Source of the DNA: a virus
Direction: 5' to 3' (one strand)
Length of the DNA: 64,000 bases
Virus record (IMG/VR): IMGVR_UViG_3300027749_000040
Location: 1-64,000 of that record
Below are positions 40,901 to 48,415 of the stretch, piece after piece. Under the pieces are notes generated by a model. It searched no databases, had not been told where the DNA came from, and saw only the letters and a program-made list of their open reading frames with translations. Within the stretch, counting starts at the first letter, position 1; each line of letters starts with the position of its first letter. The translations under genes and the position numbers were made by a program.

Positions 40901-43900
40901 ACACAATTTAGTATTAGTACCACAGTAGGCGGACTAGTGGTGCCACTATCAACTGCGGTAACTACTGCAGGATTAGACGCAATCATCGGAGAAGTCACAA
41001 ATACTGCTGTCATTTCAATTCAGTATCCCGGTATATTGACATCAACTGCAACATCACAAACAACAAACTTTGTAACAATACCATTGAATCCAAGTGGCAT
41101 TTGTGGAACAACTGGTTTCTATACAGGCATACCAATATTCTTCACGGGTAATGTTTTTGGTGGAGTCATTGAAAATGAAAATTATTATGTAATGACGGTA
41201 ATTGATGACCAGACATTTACAATGTCAACAACTAATAATCCCACAATTGTAACAGTTGAGGCAACTGAAAATGCAGGAGATTATGTTGTATTAAATGAAA
41301 TTGGTGATTTAAATATCAATACACCAATAATTATCACCGGCACAACATTTGGTGGAATTATTGCTGGACAATTATATTATATTGCTTCTATTGATTACAG
41401 TACAAATAAAGTTACACTGTCTAATACAATTAATGGTGGTACAGTTGCATTAACTTCTGCAATCGGTACTGCAACATTAACAAGCCAAGCAAATGCAGTT
41501 CAATTAACTACTGCAACAGGATCAATGACCTGTAATATTGGTTTACCAATCAGCCCGGGGCAAATCACTGGCCAAGAATTTACATTCTATAATACATCCG
41601 GCGAATTTACTAATGGTGGCTCTGGATACTCAGGTACAAATAGTAATTTAATTACTAGAAGTACAGTGGCAACAGTGACTGGTTCTAATTATATGTATTT
41701 GAATTTGTTGGGTGGCGGCTTAACTAATATGTATGTAAACATGCCATTTAGATTATCTACATCAGTCGGTGGTCTATCAGCAGCCACAACATATTATGTT
41801 AAGTCTATGGGCACCGTAGTGGTCGATGTTACAAGTTCAAATGCAGGAACAGAAGAATATACCTGCGCAAGTACAACAGGATTCTACGCGGGAATGCCGA
41901 TATCATTCACCGGTGGTGTGTTTGGTGGAGTTGTTGAATTAGTGACATATTATGTTCGCACTGTTACAGGGCTTACTACATTTACTATAAGTGAAACACC
42001 AAGTGGTAGCACCTTTAACTTAACCGGTGATAATGGATTGATGACATTGACTGCCGATAATCCGTTTATCACGGTTAGTTTAACTGCGGGAGGAACAACA
42101 ATATCATTAACTGATAATTTCTCACCGGCATCTACACTAACACAATACCCAACATCAGCCCCAACATTCTTTGTTAGCTATATGTTAGGTGGATATTCTG
42201 TTGTGATTAACACTGCGGGCACAGGCTTTGCATACAATAATAATATTACACTTCAAGGTGGTCAGGATGATCTGCCCGGTGTAAATGGTATAAATGATAT
42301 TGTAATCAATGTCAGTGGTATCAGTGCCACTGGTGCGATAACATCTACAATTATTTCTGGTACTCCACCTGGATTGACAGAACAATACTACTTAAAAGTT
42401 ATTAGTGCAACTGAATTAGAAGTATATGCTAACCCACTGATGACAGTTCCAGTCAATGGTGATACATTAGGGTTAACATACACGGGAGTTACATCAACCA
42501 ATGTTACTGCTGTTACGGCTGCTAATGATAGATTAACAGTAACTAATTCAGACGACTTTGAATTAAATGATCCAGTTGTATTTACTGGAAGTGTATATAG
42601 TGAATTGACTTTGGGTCAGACTTATTATATTAAAACAAAACCATCGACAACTACAGTTACTATTTCAACTACAATAGGTGGTGGTACATTTAACTTTACT
42701 GGTACCATAGCAGATTTAGAATTTACTATGGCCAAGTCAGGTGATTATGTTTATTTACCAGAACCATTCTACTTCACTCAGAGCATTGTTCGTTATAATA
42801 ATAGACTATACCAATGTATTGTCAGCAACAACGATGCTGATTTCATATTGGGTAAGTGGGAATTGCTAGACAGCGGCGATAGAAAACTCAACGAATTAGA
42901 TCGTATTGTTGGGTACTATAACCCAACAGCAAACATGCCTGGCAGAGACTTAACTCAGCTTGTTACTGGAATTACTTATCCGGGTTCAGTATACATGGAT
43001 AATGCATTTCCTCCGGCAGAAGAATTTTTGCTTGATACTGAATTACAAGACCAACCGTTCTACCCAGCAACAATTAATAATATGTCTGTGGTATGGGACG
43101 GTATCCGTTATGTAACAATATCAACATCACCTACTTATTCTGCACTATTAACAAGTACTACAGGTGATAATTGGGCATTGAGTAAACTAAGCAACAACCC
43201 TGTTGGATTGTCAGATATTTACTACGATGGTAATAGATATGTAATCACTACAACTAATTCAGCAACGCCAATTTATACTAGCACAGATGGGTTAGTATAT
43301 ACAACAGGCCAAACATTGTCAGTGCCTTCTAATACATTAAACCGTGTTTATAATAGCAATGATGTTTGGATAGCAGTTGGTGAAAATGTGATAAAAAGTC
43401 TAGATACTATATCATGGGTAAACTCATTTGCATTATCTAGTCCCGGGTCTTTCTCAGATGTAACATATACCACTGCAGGCTACACTGGATGGTTAGTAAT
43501 TGGTAATCAAACTATCAATGGTGTCGATCAAACCTTAATTATTAGAAGTACGAATGACGGCACTACCTGGAATATTGTTAATGATGGTATTACTACTGTA
43601 ATTACTTCAGCATATGTAAATGCAATTACAAGCAGTAATAGTTTAGTTGTCATTGTAAGTGATGCAGGGCAAATATTTACTAGTACTGACGGTGCTCAAA
43701 CTAATGTAGAGCAAACATCAGGTACAAGTGAAAACTTAGTAGATGTTACTTATGGTAATGGTAAATTTATTGCAGTGGGAGACAATGGCACGATTGTAAC
43801 AAGTAGTGACGGCGTAACATGGACTATAGAAACGTCAACCACAACCAATAACCTAAATAGTGTTGCATATAATGATACTGATTCTAAATTCATTATAGTT

Positions 43901-46900
43901 GGTGACAATAACACTATTTTAACAAGTAGTAATGGATCTACGTGGACTACAAGTGCATTGTTTATACAAGAAGAACCAGTGTATACTGTTCAAGGTGATT
44001 CATTTGCCGAAGGTTACGGACCAGAAGAATTGGTCCCCGGCGTAGTTACTGATAATCTAACTATGATTACAACGACACGTCCCGGTACTAACTGGGCAGT
44101 TGGCGAATACGGTCATACAGGGTTCAATGTTGTATCAATTGAAATTACACCATCTTATCCGCAATATGAATATTCATTCTTAAATGTTGTACAGAACCCA
44201 GTGTTTATAGTAATATATGATATTAATCCAGTAATCGGTACAAGTACTAGAATTTATGAGACATATGATTACACGGTAGATTGGGTTCTAAAAACAATCA
44301 CATTGAATACTACATTAGCTCCTAACCATACATTAGGCATTGAATTATGCGAAGTGGGTAACGGTGATCAGTTACAACGATCAAATTCACAGGCGGTACC
44401 ATTTATTGACAATCCTGATACAGGATTTGTTGAAATGCCACTGAACTGTAATTATTCTGCTAGTAAATTCAATGGCAACGGAGTCATAAGACCAGGAACA
44501 GAACCTGTACAGGTAGAATGCACAAAAACTGAAGCACTCATTGATTCTATAACATGCTCTAGTGTATCTAATTTTGCACTCAATCAATCGGTACAATTCC
44601 AAGGCAATGTATTTGGTGGTATTGAATTGGATCAGACATATTATATTAAAACTATTAGTTATATAACTAATAAAATTACAGTATCACTTCCTCCTCTAGT
44701 GAATGGTATTGCGGGACCAACATATCAATTAAGCAATGATACTGGATCTATGCAAATAATCAGTCAACCGGGTACGGGTCTTGTTTGGACTGACCCACTA
44801 GTAGTACATAATGGTACTAAATTGATACTTGGTGAAACTAGTGTGGTAACTCAAACAAAGAGTTCTACAAATTCAATAGTTGTTAATACATCGTTGACTG
44901 TTGACATAAACGATCCAATTGTATTCAGCGATTATATATTTGGTGGATTGGCCCCTCACACAACTTACTACATTAGTTCAATTGTTGACCTTAATGAATT
45001 TACGGTATCTACCTCATTGGGAGGTAGCATTGTACCATTAACAGATGCATCCGGACTTGCAAGTTTTGTCACGAATGATTTTGCAATTTCTATAGCAAGT
45101 GTAGGACCTACTGCAAAGTTAGTGTTTGCTAATAACTACACAAACACTGAAGACTTTGTTACTTTTGCAGTATTTGGAGAAACAGATCCTATACAATATT
45201 CATATAGTATCCCAATTACACAGATTTATATGTCAACTGGTGGCGAGACACAATTACTGTTGACTAATTATATAGGCGGCACTAATCCTGAAAATGCAGT
45301 AGTAGAAGTTAATGGACTGCGCTTGACAAACACATCGGAATATACTATTGATTTAGTTACTCAAACATTGTATTTGACATTTAGTTTAATTGCGGGCGAT
45401 ATTTTAGCAGTTACTACATATAACAGCACTAACAGACAATACTTACATACCACACTAGGTGGAACCTACAGTGGCTCAGCAAGTATCACATTAAATATAG
45501 GATCAACCACACACTTCCCCGGATACGATGGATCTCCGTACGGAGGCGGTCTTCAGACAGCAGCCGGAAGTTTCTCAATAGGACAAGGTTATACTATTAC
45601 TACTATCAATGATGGTGTAGGTGGCCCAAATACAAATTTCACTTCAATTGGCGCATTGAATAATAACATAGGAACATTCTTTATTGCATCTGGAATTGGT
45701 GCTGGATCTGGTAGTGCATTAGAATCTACTGGTGAAGAGTTCTCGCCTGGACCAGACTATTTAACATTATCATCTGGATCTACGGTTGGTTTAGAACTAA
45801 ACACAGCTATAATATTTGCATCACCAATTGGTGGTATTGTTGCAGGTACGATCTATTACATTGCAGAAATATTAACACCGGGAACAACAAACTTTACGGT
45901 ATCGTTAACACCAGGTGGACCAAGTATACCATTAATTACTGATACGGGCTCTATGCTTGGATTTATTAATCCTCCTAGAGTTTCTAATATTACAGCTATC
46001 AATAATAATATTTCAGCACCGTTAGCAAGAACTAATGTTACACAAACAACAGCCCCAAATACTATTACTGCATCTAGTACTGCTGGGTTCGTAATTGGTC
46101 AACCAATCTTGTTTAAAGGCCTAACAACGACCGGTTTCGGTGGGCTATCAGCAGACGGTACTGTATATTGGATTAATTACATTGATGCAAATGGAATTGA
46201 TTTTAAAGTTTCTGAAACACAGAGTGGTAGTGCATACATAGTTACTAATGCATCAGGTTCAATGTATGCTTATGTAGGTGGAAATGAAGCAGTAACATTA
46301 ACTACCGGTGTTGCTCACAACCTAGTTGAAAATGATATTGTGCGTATTGATGGTGTGGTTGGCTCAGTACAATTGAACAATAATTCTTATTACGCAAAGA
46401 TAATTACTGATACTCAAATTGCTTTGTATCTATCACCATATCAACCACAAAGTTATGCAACGAATGACCCGGTAACTACTGTTTCTTCTTATGTAAGCGG
46501 CGGTTATGTTTGGTTAGATAAGCAATTTACATTAATTGACACCACTGCTACTGCAAGTTCAGCAATTGATAATACTATCACAGTGAACTCTGTTAGTCAA
46601 ATAGTAATTGATACACCTGTATACTTCTCTGGTACAGTGTTTGGAGGAATAGTTGAAGGTACTAAGTACTATGTCAAGTCTATTGATGTACTGAATAGTA
46701 AGATAACACTATCATCAACTTATCAAGGTAGTGAAATAGCAATAACCGCATATGCAGGCACAGATACCATGGGTGTCACAATGTGGGAACAAACTAATGT
46801 TGATAGAATTTGGGTGACAGTAAATGGATATCGAGTTCCATCAAGCTCGCTTGTTATCAATCCAAACAACAATCTAGGTATATTGACAACAATTGTACCA

Positions 46901-47593
46901 GGAGATGTGGTAATAATTACTAACATGATACCTACATCTACTCCTGACGAATTAATATATATTAACAATGTCAATAAGTATAATATACCTACCGTGTATC
47001 GTGCAACATCATTGAGTACAACTTGGTTAACACAATCGTTATCATATACCGATAGTACAATTTATGTTGAAGATGTGACAAAAATCACAACCAATGTAGT
47101 GCAAAATGAAACTGCACCGGCGGCAGTTGATGGAGTTTATATTATTGGATTGGATGTTGATAAAAGAATTATTAGTCAAGTTATTGTTGTAAATAATTCA
47201 ACATCTACCACATTACCTAGCTCTGCTTATAGTGTTCAGATAGTAGATATTGCGCCCGTACTTGAAATCACATCCGGCGTATCAGTGGGGCAAAGTTTGA
47301 CAATTACTATAATTTTAGGTAATCTAATTTATGTTGCAGGTGAGCAAATCAAGTTCACAACTGTAGATTTTGACACTAATACATTGACAGGATTACAACG
47401 TGGTACTAATGGTACGGGAGAAAGATACTATATTCCAGCATATGAAAAAGTATATGGAATACTATCTACTAATCAACTATCAGAAGTTGACTATAAGTTG
47501 ACATGGAATTCATATAATTATAATCCTATTATAGGTGATCCTCTACAGATTAGCGACACAGCGGCTGCAAATTTCTTAAATGCGGAGTTCTAA
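28934..47593 (+). CDS. Giant (6219 aa) multidomain baseplate/virion structural protein (gp7 position)
   Basis: Uninterrupted ORF after gp6; IKPYHV motif; FG-GAP-like propeller repeats (VVGAPG, LIGAP, GAVYMF); BNR-like repeats (S.DG.TWT); ~13 FGG...YY(V/I) repeats; box GATAAGTA at 28905-28912. Confidence 0.8.
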   Translation: MAARIRTLNFLPEVFRTPTNAQFLGATLDQLVDQPNTMRIQGYIGSKFGYGINAKDKYVIEPTKVRTDYQLDPGVVFTKTNTSTATDFITYPGIIDALKLNGAVTDNNDRLFNSQFYSWDPFVDLDKVINFNQYYWLPLGPPSVTVATDIVYNAQDYNVQDDPNAYIISSDINPDGSANPTLTLIRGGTYTFTVNQNSPFWIQGQPGVTGYDPNQPNLLTRDVLGVTNNGAETGIVEFIVPYKNAQDEYNFPGNNLVDVVSSAPFDDIEGRLLSDVVDIDGVTALEGLTVMFYNTGVPDEQGFIGQYYDTTLYDEETNESAPNEGGAPYVFPGTIINDANYEGGYYTNVSATFYRVTYVGDPTNPVIKLIPASSIPTNEKITANYGTQWKARNFYRNVQGNINIVPYLSSLLDTLYYQDGTVSNKVGVIRLINSNITNQINVLEILGQPNYTAPNGIVFTNGLKVTFNGDIYPTSYKTGEYYVQGVGTAIELINTIDLIVPESFTEGTYNPWDTLPYDIGNYDVTLYIPVKQDYITIARNSIDRNPWSRSNRWFHIDVINATATYNNNPSIATTYATQDNKAKRPIIEFYPNLKLFDNCIVGKQPIDFFDVRTTDAFTQVAGQYNYYPDVEVYTTANATIATASSATSTTISILASNVSKGAFQVGQFITDSAGKLPRNSQITSINGTTTLTLTVGWSNPTSFIGVSNVSLVANDISNDNYALYDGARIVFSIDNDANVRNKIYVARFSSIHGTTPVITLTEADDGLVLQNEGTVVYKGYYNQGKDFYYYFNNDPTVLENEWQEGQQKTTVNQAPLFDVFDDAGVSFGDKEIYIGSSFKGNKLFSYGIGSGINDIVLGFPLRYSSVNNVGDISFDVPLNSKTFNYVRGTTPITRKVNTGYVHNYSDLNTRTRALGWQTAVAESRQYQIFSFNYVGNSGVTTYICDIGAATNTVWPNIQVYVNNVLQDTNTYTYTINPTTTVVNFTVPNTLVDTVVEITLLSDQVSKTAYYQIPNNLQNNPFNTDITTANVGDIRGQYQSIFYNNPNTTGTVFGANNYRDLGNLVPWGNKIIQNSASLVLPGTFLRKPGVNLYDSLQYNSNQYISFKTLLIDTVNKTEYNVYQSSAVMLDDALDQITISKVDSAPFFWSDMLPSKSPYASNSYTFANSLDVSRYPLTRIYNFDTANYYGVLVYLTRTVQGYTSITQLVIGIDYTISATSPALTVETDLLPGDIITVNEYYQTYGSYVPNTPTKLGLYPSFIPEVILDENYTNPTYFIRGHDGSYTKLYGDYIDGHLVDFRDKVLLEFETRIYNNLKLSNIIPIRDYDVVPGFFRTTDYSYDEFLSIYSQFFLNWVGQNRVEYKQQIGYTPTNQFSYNYSQSGNKINNAQIQQGYWRGIYQYYYDTSQPDVAPWEMIGFTSQPAWWTTRYGPAPYTSDNLVLWGDLAAGLNWNNGDPVIVTQCIRPQLLQVLPVDSNGNLVSPFDAIVGNYDGRSFRNDWKVGDVASTEFSYRRSSSWPFDLMKILALTKPAEFYNLGVDVDNYKYNSEFNQFLVNDRSHLVIADVQIYGDGIAKTSYINWIVDYEKQVGIDSTQTTIDLLANLDVRLIYRVAGFTDKTLVNFYVEKGSPNSNNASLLIPSESLNVLLYDNIPFNKIIYSGVIIQNSGTGWKVYGNSQTKAYFTVSKPKINGNYNLVTVEGESVQVAKDYFENTEILIPYGTEFVSKQDLAQFIGSYSNYLTTQGVLFKEIESGIDVNWNQMIAEYLYWTQSGWGKGSLLNLNPAANLITIQKDSCVVQPLTLQRQNFILNQNLYPIQSVDLAVVRDDTLFTATPLNQGDTVAYGQFNISNFEHGVVFNNVTLFNDVIYNLITGLRQNRIITRGTKTADWNGTIDAQGFILNQDNIQEWNNITKYTKGVIVKYKNKYWVSLRVLEPSMTFDGRYWKETDYNEIQKGLLPNPSTRSYESVLYYNTNTPNLSKDADLLSWSLVGYRPRDYMALADLTDITQINVYKNLIKEKGTKIAAENFKGINLPQGGIDYDIYDNWAIKTGEFGGVLDNNFIDFKLNQNELTGNPSIVGLTTGTYTDGVQQEVPLYSVFNYGRPITNPNVLPTIPANTPNRLYPDAGYVNFNDITTYGYYYNDLNLAQTPLSKLYVGEYVWVADYNGTWQVYTPISNGNLIQVLNNLNGTVTLQFAEPHGLTKYQTIAIINFDDAVNGYRIVQAVVDNYRVTIALSLVSTIARLTNTNSIVMRFQSQRVSQPSDIVNLPLLNTEFVKNKVWVDTNTDGDWAVYRKSINYQLDLELLKTGSETFGSAVATTSDLGYLIGDADLGVAYRYTYNPVFERYDLAQTLTGSASFGSSIGYTGSTFAISQPTGTLLADRKIKIYTLISTLQVNELQFLQTIQAPTGITNWGTKTEFSGDGNWLFISAYEQNAFYVYRKSQVTGLYEYNTIITLGSLVTGDNFSYALATNYYGNTLVVGAPGVDTGVTNNTGTSYIFERVMQNFEVRFTSQPFVPQTFNLVAGPLTRTAIGSSINSSNAITLSSVAGLSDGVNGTPIVFTGNVFGGISLNQVYYVKLISGSTITLSLTRNGTTLVLANTPSGTMTMVAQTSPIYVSVNGTLIDDNNYAVIGSLLNVYQSLNAGDILTVSGSTFVLIQQFTATDTITIGEQYGYSADLDTYGNELLIGAPFQINSQNKEGTIYRYTDGGGSYGIITGTIDCQVTTPTTILLNGYAVAIPVGNASVVAAAIAGSNITNVTATSIDNKLVISLINIELATINDKLDIITLTGNAMYQLGISKYTFTQTITDPHTAGRTQFGTVIKFNDNGSFVASAPASARYEATTFDSTDDDNYNNDTLFDNNTTQFVDIARNAGAVYMFDYAENYNENLTNVGQFIYAQSVNALNIDYGAQPYYGTALDFNDNTVVVGTPGFRPGYNNGQVIIYTNSSGLADWSVYRQPEIAVDVNGIQNAQLYSASTNNTLINLDYFDPLQGKILGVVSENLDIISNADPASYNSPNTTISGSSVWGTKQLGKLWFNTSSTKFVNYHQYNDVVYNSKWWGRVFPGSQVTIYSWITSDVVPAEYTATGTPLNLTDYAIEYVLNSTGAITPVYFYWVRNTNIIFNQIGKTLSDTICEAYISAPQASGIAYFAPIQSNVMGLYNTSEYVNSTDTVMHIGFATGTNDDDSHSIYSLIRSNYVDDFLPGLPALTSLPPLSLYDRMLDSMSGVDESGAIVPDPYLPKPVQSGILVRPRQGFFYSRFGALKNYLTLANQELAQIPFTETQSSKFLYTVGPINPSTGLPFYETTDYWEYINWWQPGYNDNTKSAMLVESYFQLATINAQNGLIVTVNKNGAGFQETYRYDSTVSTWVRIGLQNGTIQFKSSLWDYETARLGFGDNFFDTTPFDTYPSQETRSITRFLNEELPSEIFAFRNQGLILLFNYIMSETIESQNYLPWLNKTSFIDVAHTIRELLPLEVFQSDNQDFLSGYINEIKPYHVVVKDFLFKYTGTNLWAGNITDFDLPAQYNTNLQKYITPELVYANPSGDSQYLPTDAIWQDPAYTNWFNNYGVSITGVNAYPITTLASYLTLNSNSMVVDNIYGFPINGTIKIYDPTDPETDLSKKTFEIIAYSSVDRAYSTLSGLTRGVNDTPVSNHLPGQQLYIDLPAILVLDGGRGYANPPKVTAYIDTSIYPAPRTEAILQPVMNLDQLLRIDVINPGDGYVVLPQIIIEPSSVITFASSEVDLLTNTIAIQNQLIQTGDLVRYYTGTDTTAIGGVKNDQYYYVNVLESVPAYVLALYTTYADALQDRDRVVFLSTGTGENNNLAVSARASCVTSSRPIRENIMTLRYDRTTYNSQVTEWTKNNFYGSFYAGSFKNTEQIASSALSLESSQPAIDTILASAQGAIFEIQNIRNDEVVKWSSRTRTVTNTTTSTNLITITPSIGGTPDEGFVGPTTGFYVGMPIKFAGAVFGGLADNTVYYIKEIVSLTQFSISTTVGGLVVPLSTAVTTAGLDAIIGEVTNTAVISIQYPGILTSTATSQTTNFVTIPLNPSGICGTTGFYTGIPIFFTGNVFGGVIENENYYVMTVIDDQTFTMSTTNNPTIVTVEATENAGDYVVLNEIGDLNINTPIIITGTTFGGIIAGQLYYIASIDYSTNKVTLSNTINGGTVALTSAIGTATLTSQANAVQLTTATGSMTCNIGLPISPGQITGQEFTFYNTSGEFTNGGSGYSGTNSNLITRSTVATVTGSNYMYLNLLGGGLTNMYVNMPFRLSTSVGGLSAATTYYVKSMGTVVVDVTSSNAGTEEYTCASTTGFYAGMPISFTGGVFGGVVELVTYYVRTVTGLTTFTISETPSGSTFNLTGDNGLMTLTADNPFITVSLTAGGTTISLTDNFSPASTLTQYPTSAPTFFVSYMLGGYSVVINTAGTGFAYNNNITLQGGQDDLPGVNGINDIVINVSGISATGAITSTIISGTPPGLTEQYYLKVISATELEVYANPLMTVPVNGDTLGLTYTGVTSTNVTAVTAANDRLTVTNSDDFELNDPVVFTGSVYSELTLGQTYYIKTKPSTTTVTISTTIGGGTFNFTGTIADLEFTMAKSGDYVYLPEPFYFTQSIVRYNNRLYQCIVSNNDADFILGKWELLDSGDRKLNELDRIVGYYNPTANMPGRDLTQLVTGITYPGSVYMDNAFPPAEEFLLDTELQDQPFYPATINNMSVVWDGIRYVTISTSPTYSALLTSTTGDNWALSKLSNNPVGLSDIYYDGNRYVITTTNSATPIYTSTDGLVYTTGQTLSVPSNTLNRVYNSNDVWIAVGENVIKSLDTISWVNSFALSSPGSFSDVTYTTAGYTGWLVIGNQTINGVDQTLIIRSTNDGTTWNIVNDGITTVITSAYVNAITSSNSLVVIVSDAGQIFTSTDGAQTNVEQTSGTSENLVDVTYGNGKFIAVGDNGTIVTSSDGVTWTIETSTTTNNLNSVAYNDTDSKFIIVGDNNTILTSSNGSTWTTSALFIQEEPVYTVQGDSFAEGYGPEELVPGVVTDNLTMITTTRPGTNWAVGEYGHTGFNVVSIEITPSYPQYEYSFLNVVQNPVFIVIYDINPVIGTSTRIYETYDYTVDWVLKTITLNTTLAPNHTLGIELCEVGNGDQLQRSNSQAVPFIDNPDTGFVEMPLNCNYSASKFNGNGVIRPGTEPVQVECTKTEALIDSITCSSVSNFALNQSVQFQGNVFGGIELDQTYYIKTISYITNKITVSLPPLVNGIAGPTYQLSNDTGSMQIISQPGTGLVWTDPLVVHNGTKLILGETSVVTQTKSSTNSIVVNTSLTVDINDPIVFSDYIFGGLAPHTTYYISSIVDLNEFTVSTSLGGSIVPLTDASGLASFVTNDFAISIASVGPTAKLVFANNYTNTEDFVTFAVFGETDPIQYSYSIPITQIYMSTGGETQLLLTNYIGGTNPENAVVEVNGLRLTNTSEYTIDLVTQTLYLTFSLIAGDILAVTTYNSTNRQYLHTTLGGTYSGSASITLNIGSTTHFPGYDGSPYGGGLQTAAGSFSIGQGYTITTINDGVGGPNTNFTSIGALNNNIGTFFIASGIGAGSGSALESTGEEFSPGPDYLTLSSGSTVGLELNTAIIFASPIGGIVAGTIYYIAEILTPGTTNFTVSLTPGGPSIPLITDTGSMLGFINPPRVSNITAINNNISAPLARTNVTQTTAPNTITASSTAGFVIGQPILFKGLTTTGFGGLSADGTVYWINYIDANGIDFKVSETQSGSAYIVTNASGSMYAYVGGNEAVTLTTGVAHNLVENDIVRIDGVVGSVQLNNNSYYAKIITDTQIALYLSPYQPQSYATNDPVTTVSSYVSGGYVWLDKQFTLIDTTATASSAIDNTITVNSVSQIVIDTPVYFSGTVFGGIVEGTKYYVKSIDVLNSKITLSSTYQGSEIAITAYAGTDTMGVTMWEQTNVDRIWVTVNGYRVPSSSLVINPNNNLGILTTIVPGDVVIITNMIPTSTPDELIYINNVNKYNIPTVYRATSLSTTWLTQSLSYTDSTIYVEDVTKITTNVVQNETAPAAVDGVYIIGLDVDKRIISQVIVVNNSTSTTLPSSAYSVQIVDIAPVLEITSGVSVGQSLTITIILGNLIYVAGEQIKFTTVDFDTNTLTGLQRGTNGTGERYYIPAYEKVYGILSTNQLSEVDYKLTWNSYNYNPIIGDPLQISDTAAANFLNAEF

Positions 47594-47611
47594 GTAATGA
47601 TAAATAATACT

Positions 47612-47764
47612 ATGAATAATCAGGAAAATAATAAAAAACCACAATTAACAGAAGAATATGGCTCAACGCCGGACGAGTCTGGTGGTTTCTATTTTTCATC
47701 TTTTTTGAAAATAACTGATCCAAATACCAAAGAAATTTTAGTCGAAACACGGGGCGATAACTAA
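47612..47764 (+). CDS. Small hypothetical protein (50 aa)
   Basis: MNNQENNKKPQLTEEYGSTPDESGGFYFSSFLKITDPNTKEILVETRGDN*; late box at 47599-47606; TAATG coupling to the next gene; below the ORF-track cutoff. Confidence 0.7.
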   Translation: MNNQENNKKPQLTEEYGSTPDESGGFYFSSFLKITDPNTKEILVETRGDN

Positions 47765-48384
47765 TGTCAGGAATACAATTAACATACAAAATTGAAGGCT
47801 TTTTGAAAGTCTACGATCCCAATAACGGGGAAGTTTTTGTAGACAAGCATAATGCAATCAATTATGAGAACATGTCAGAGGCAATTGCTGACACATTAAG
47901 CAGCCGAGGGTACGGAGAAATCTATCAAATGGCTTTTGGTAACGGGGGCGCAAGCGTAGATGAAACCGGGGTTATTACATATCTACCTCCAAACACAACT
48001 GGTCAAAATGCGGCATTATATAATCAAACTTACGCTAAAATTGTTGACGATACAAGTGTTTTTAATTTAGACCCTACACGGAACAAAATGACAGTTTCAC
48101 ACACTACAGGTCGTGTTTATACTGACATTTTGGTCCAATGTCTATTAGACTACGGAGAGCCCTCAGGCCAAAATGCGTTTGATAACAGCACACAAACTGA
48201 TTCTAGCTACATTTTTGATGAGCTAGGATTATTAGCAAATTACGGAACAGACGAAATGGGTAATGTCATTACTAGACTATTGACACATGTAATTTTCCAT
48301 CCTGTCCAAAAATCTTTAAATAGACAAATACAAATTGATTATACTGTCAGAATTCAAGCTCTGACGAACTTAGTTACAATTTAA
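47764..48384 (+). CDS. Baseplate/fibre-attachment structural protein
   Basis: MAFGNGG, FDELGL, LLTHVIFHPVQK..NR.I.IDYTVRI; resembles tail-collar/fibre N-terminal folds; located between the giant protein and fibres. Confidence 0.55.
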   Translation: MSGIQLTYKIEGFLKVYDPNNGEVFVDKHNAINYENMSEAIADTLSSRGYGEIYQMAFGNGGASVDETGVITYLPPNTTGQNAALYNQTYAKIVDDTSVFNLDPTRNKMTVSHTTGRVYTDILVQCLLDYGEPSGQNAFDNSTQTDSSYIFDELGLLANYGTDEMGNVITRLLTHVIFHPVQKSLNRQIQIDYTVRIQALTNLVTI

Positions 48385-48415
48385 GATAAATAAACAAGAC
48401 CCGGAGTGATTTGAA

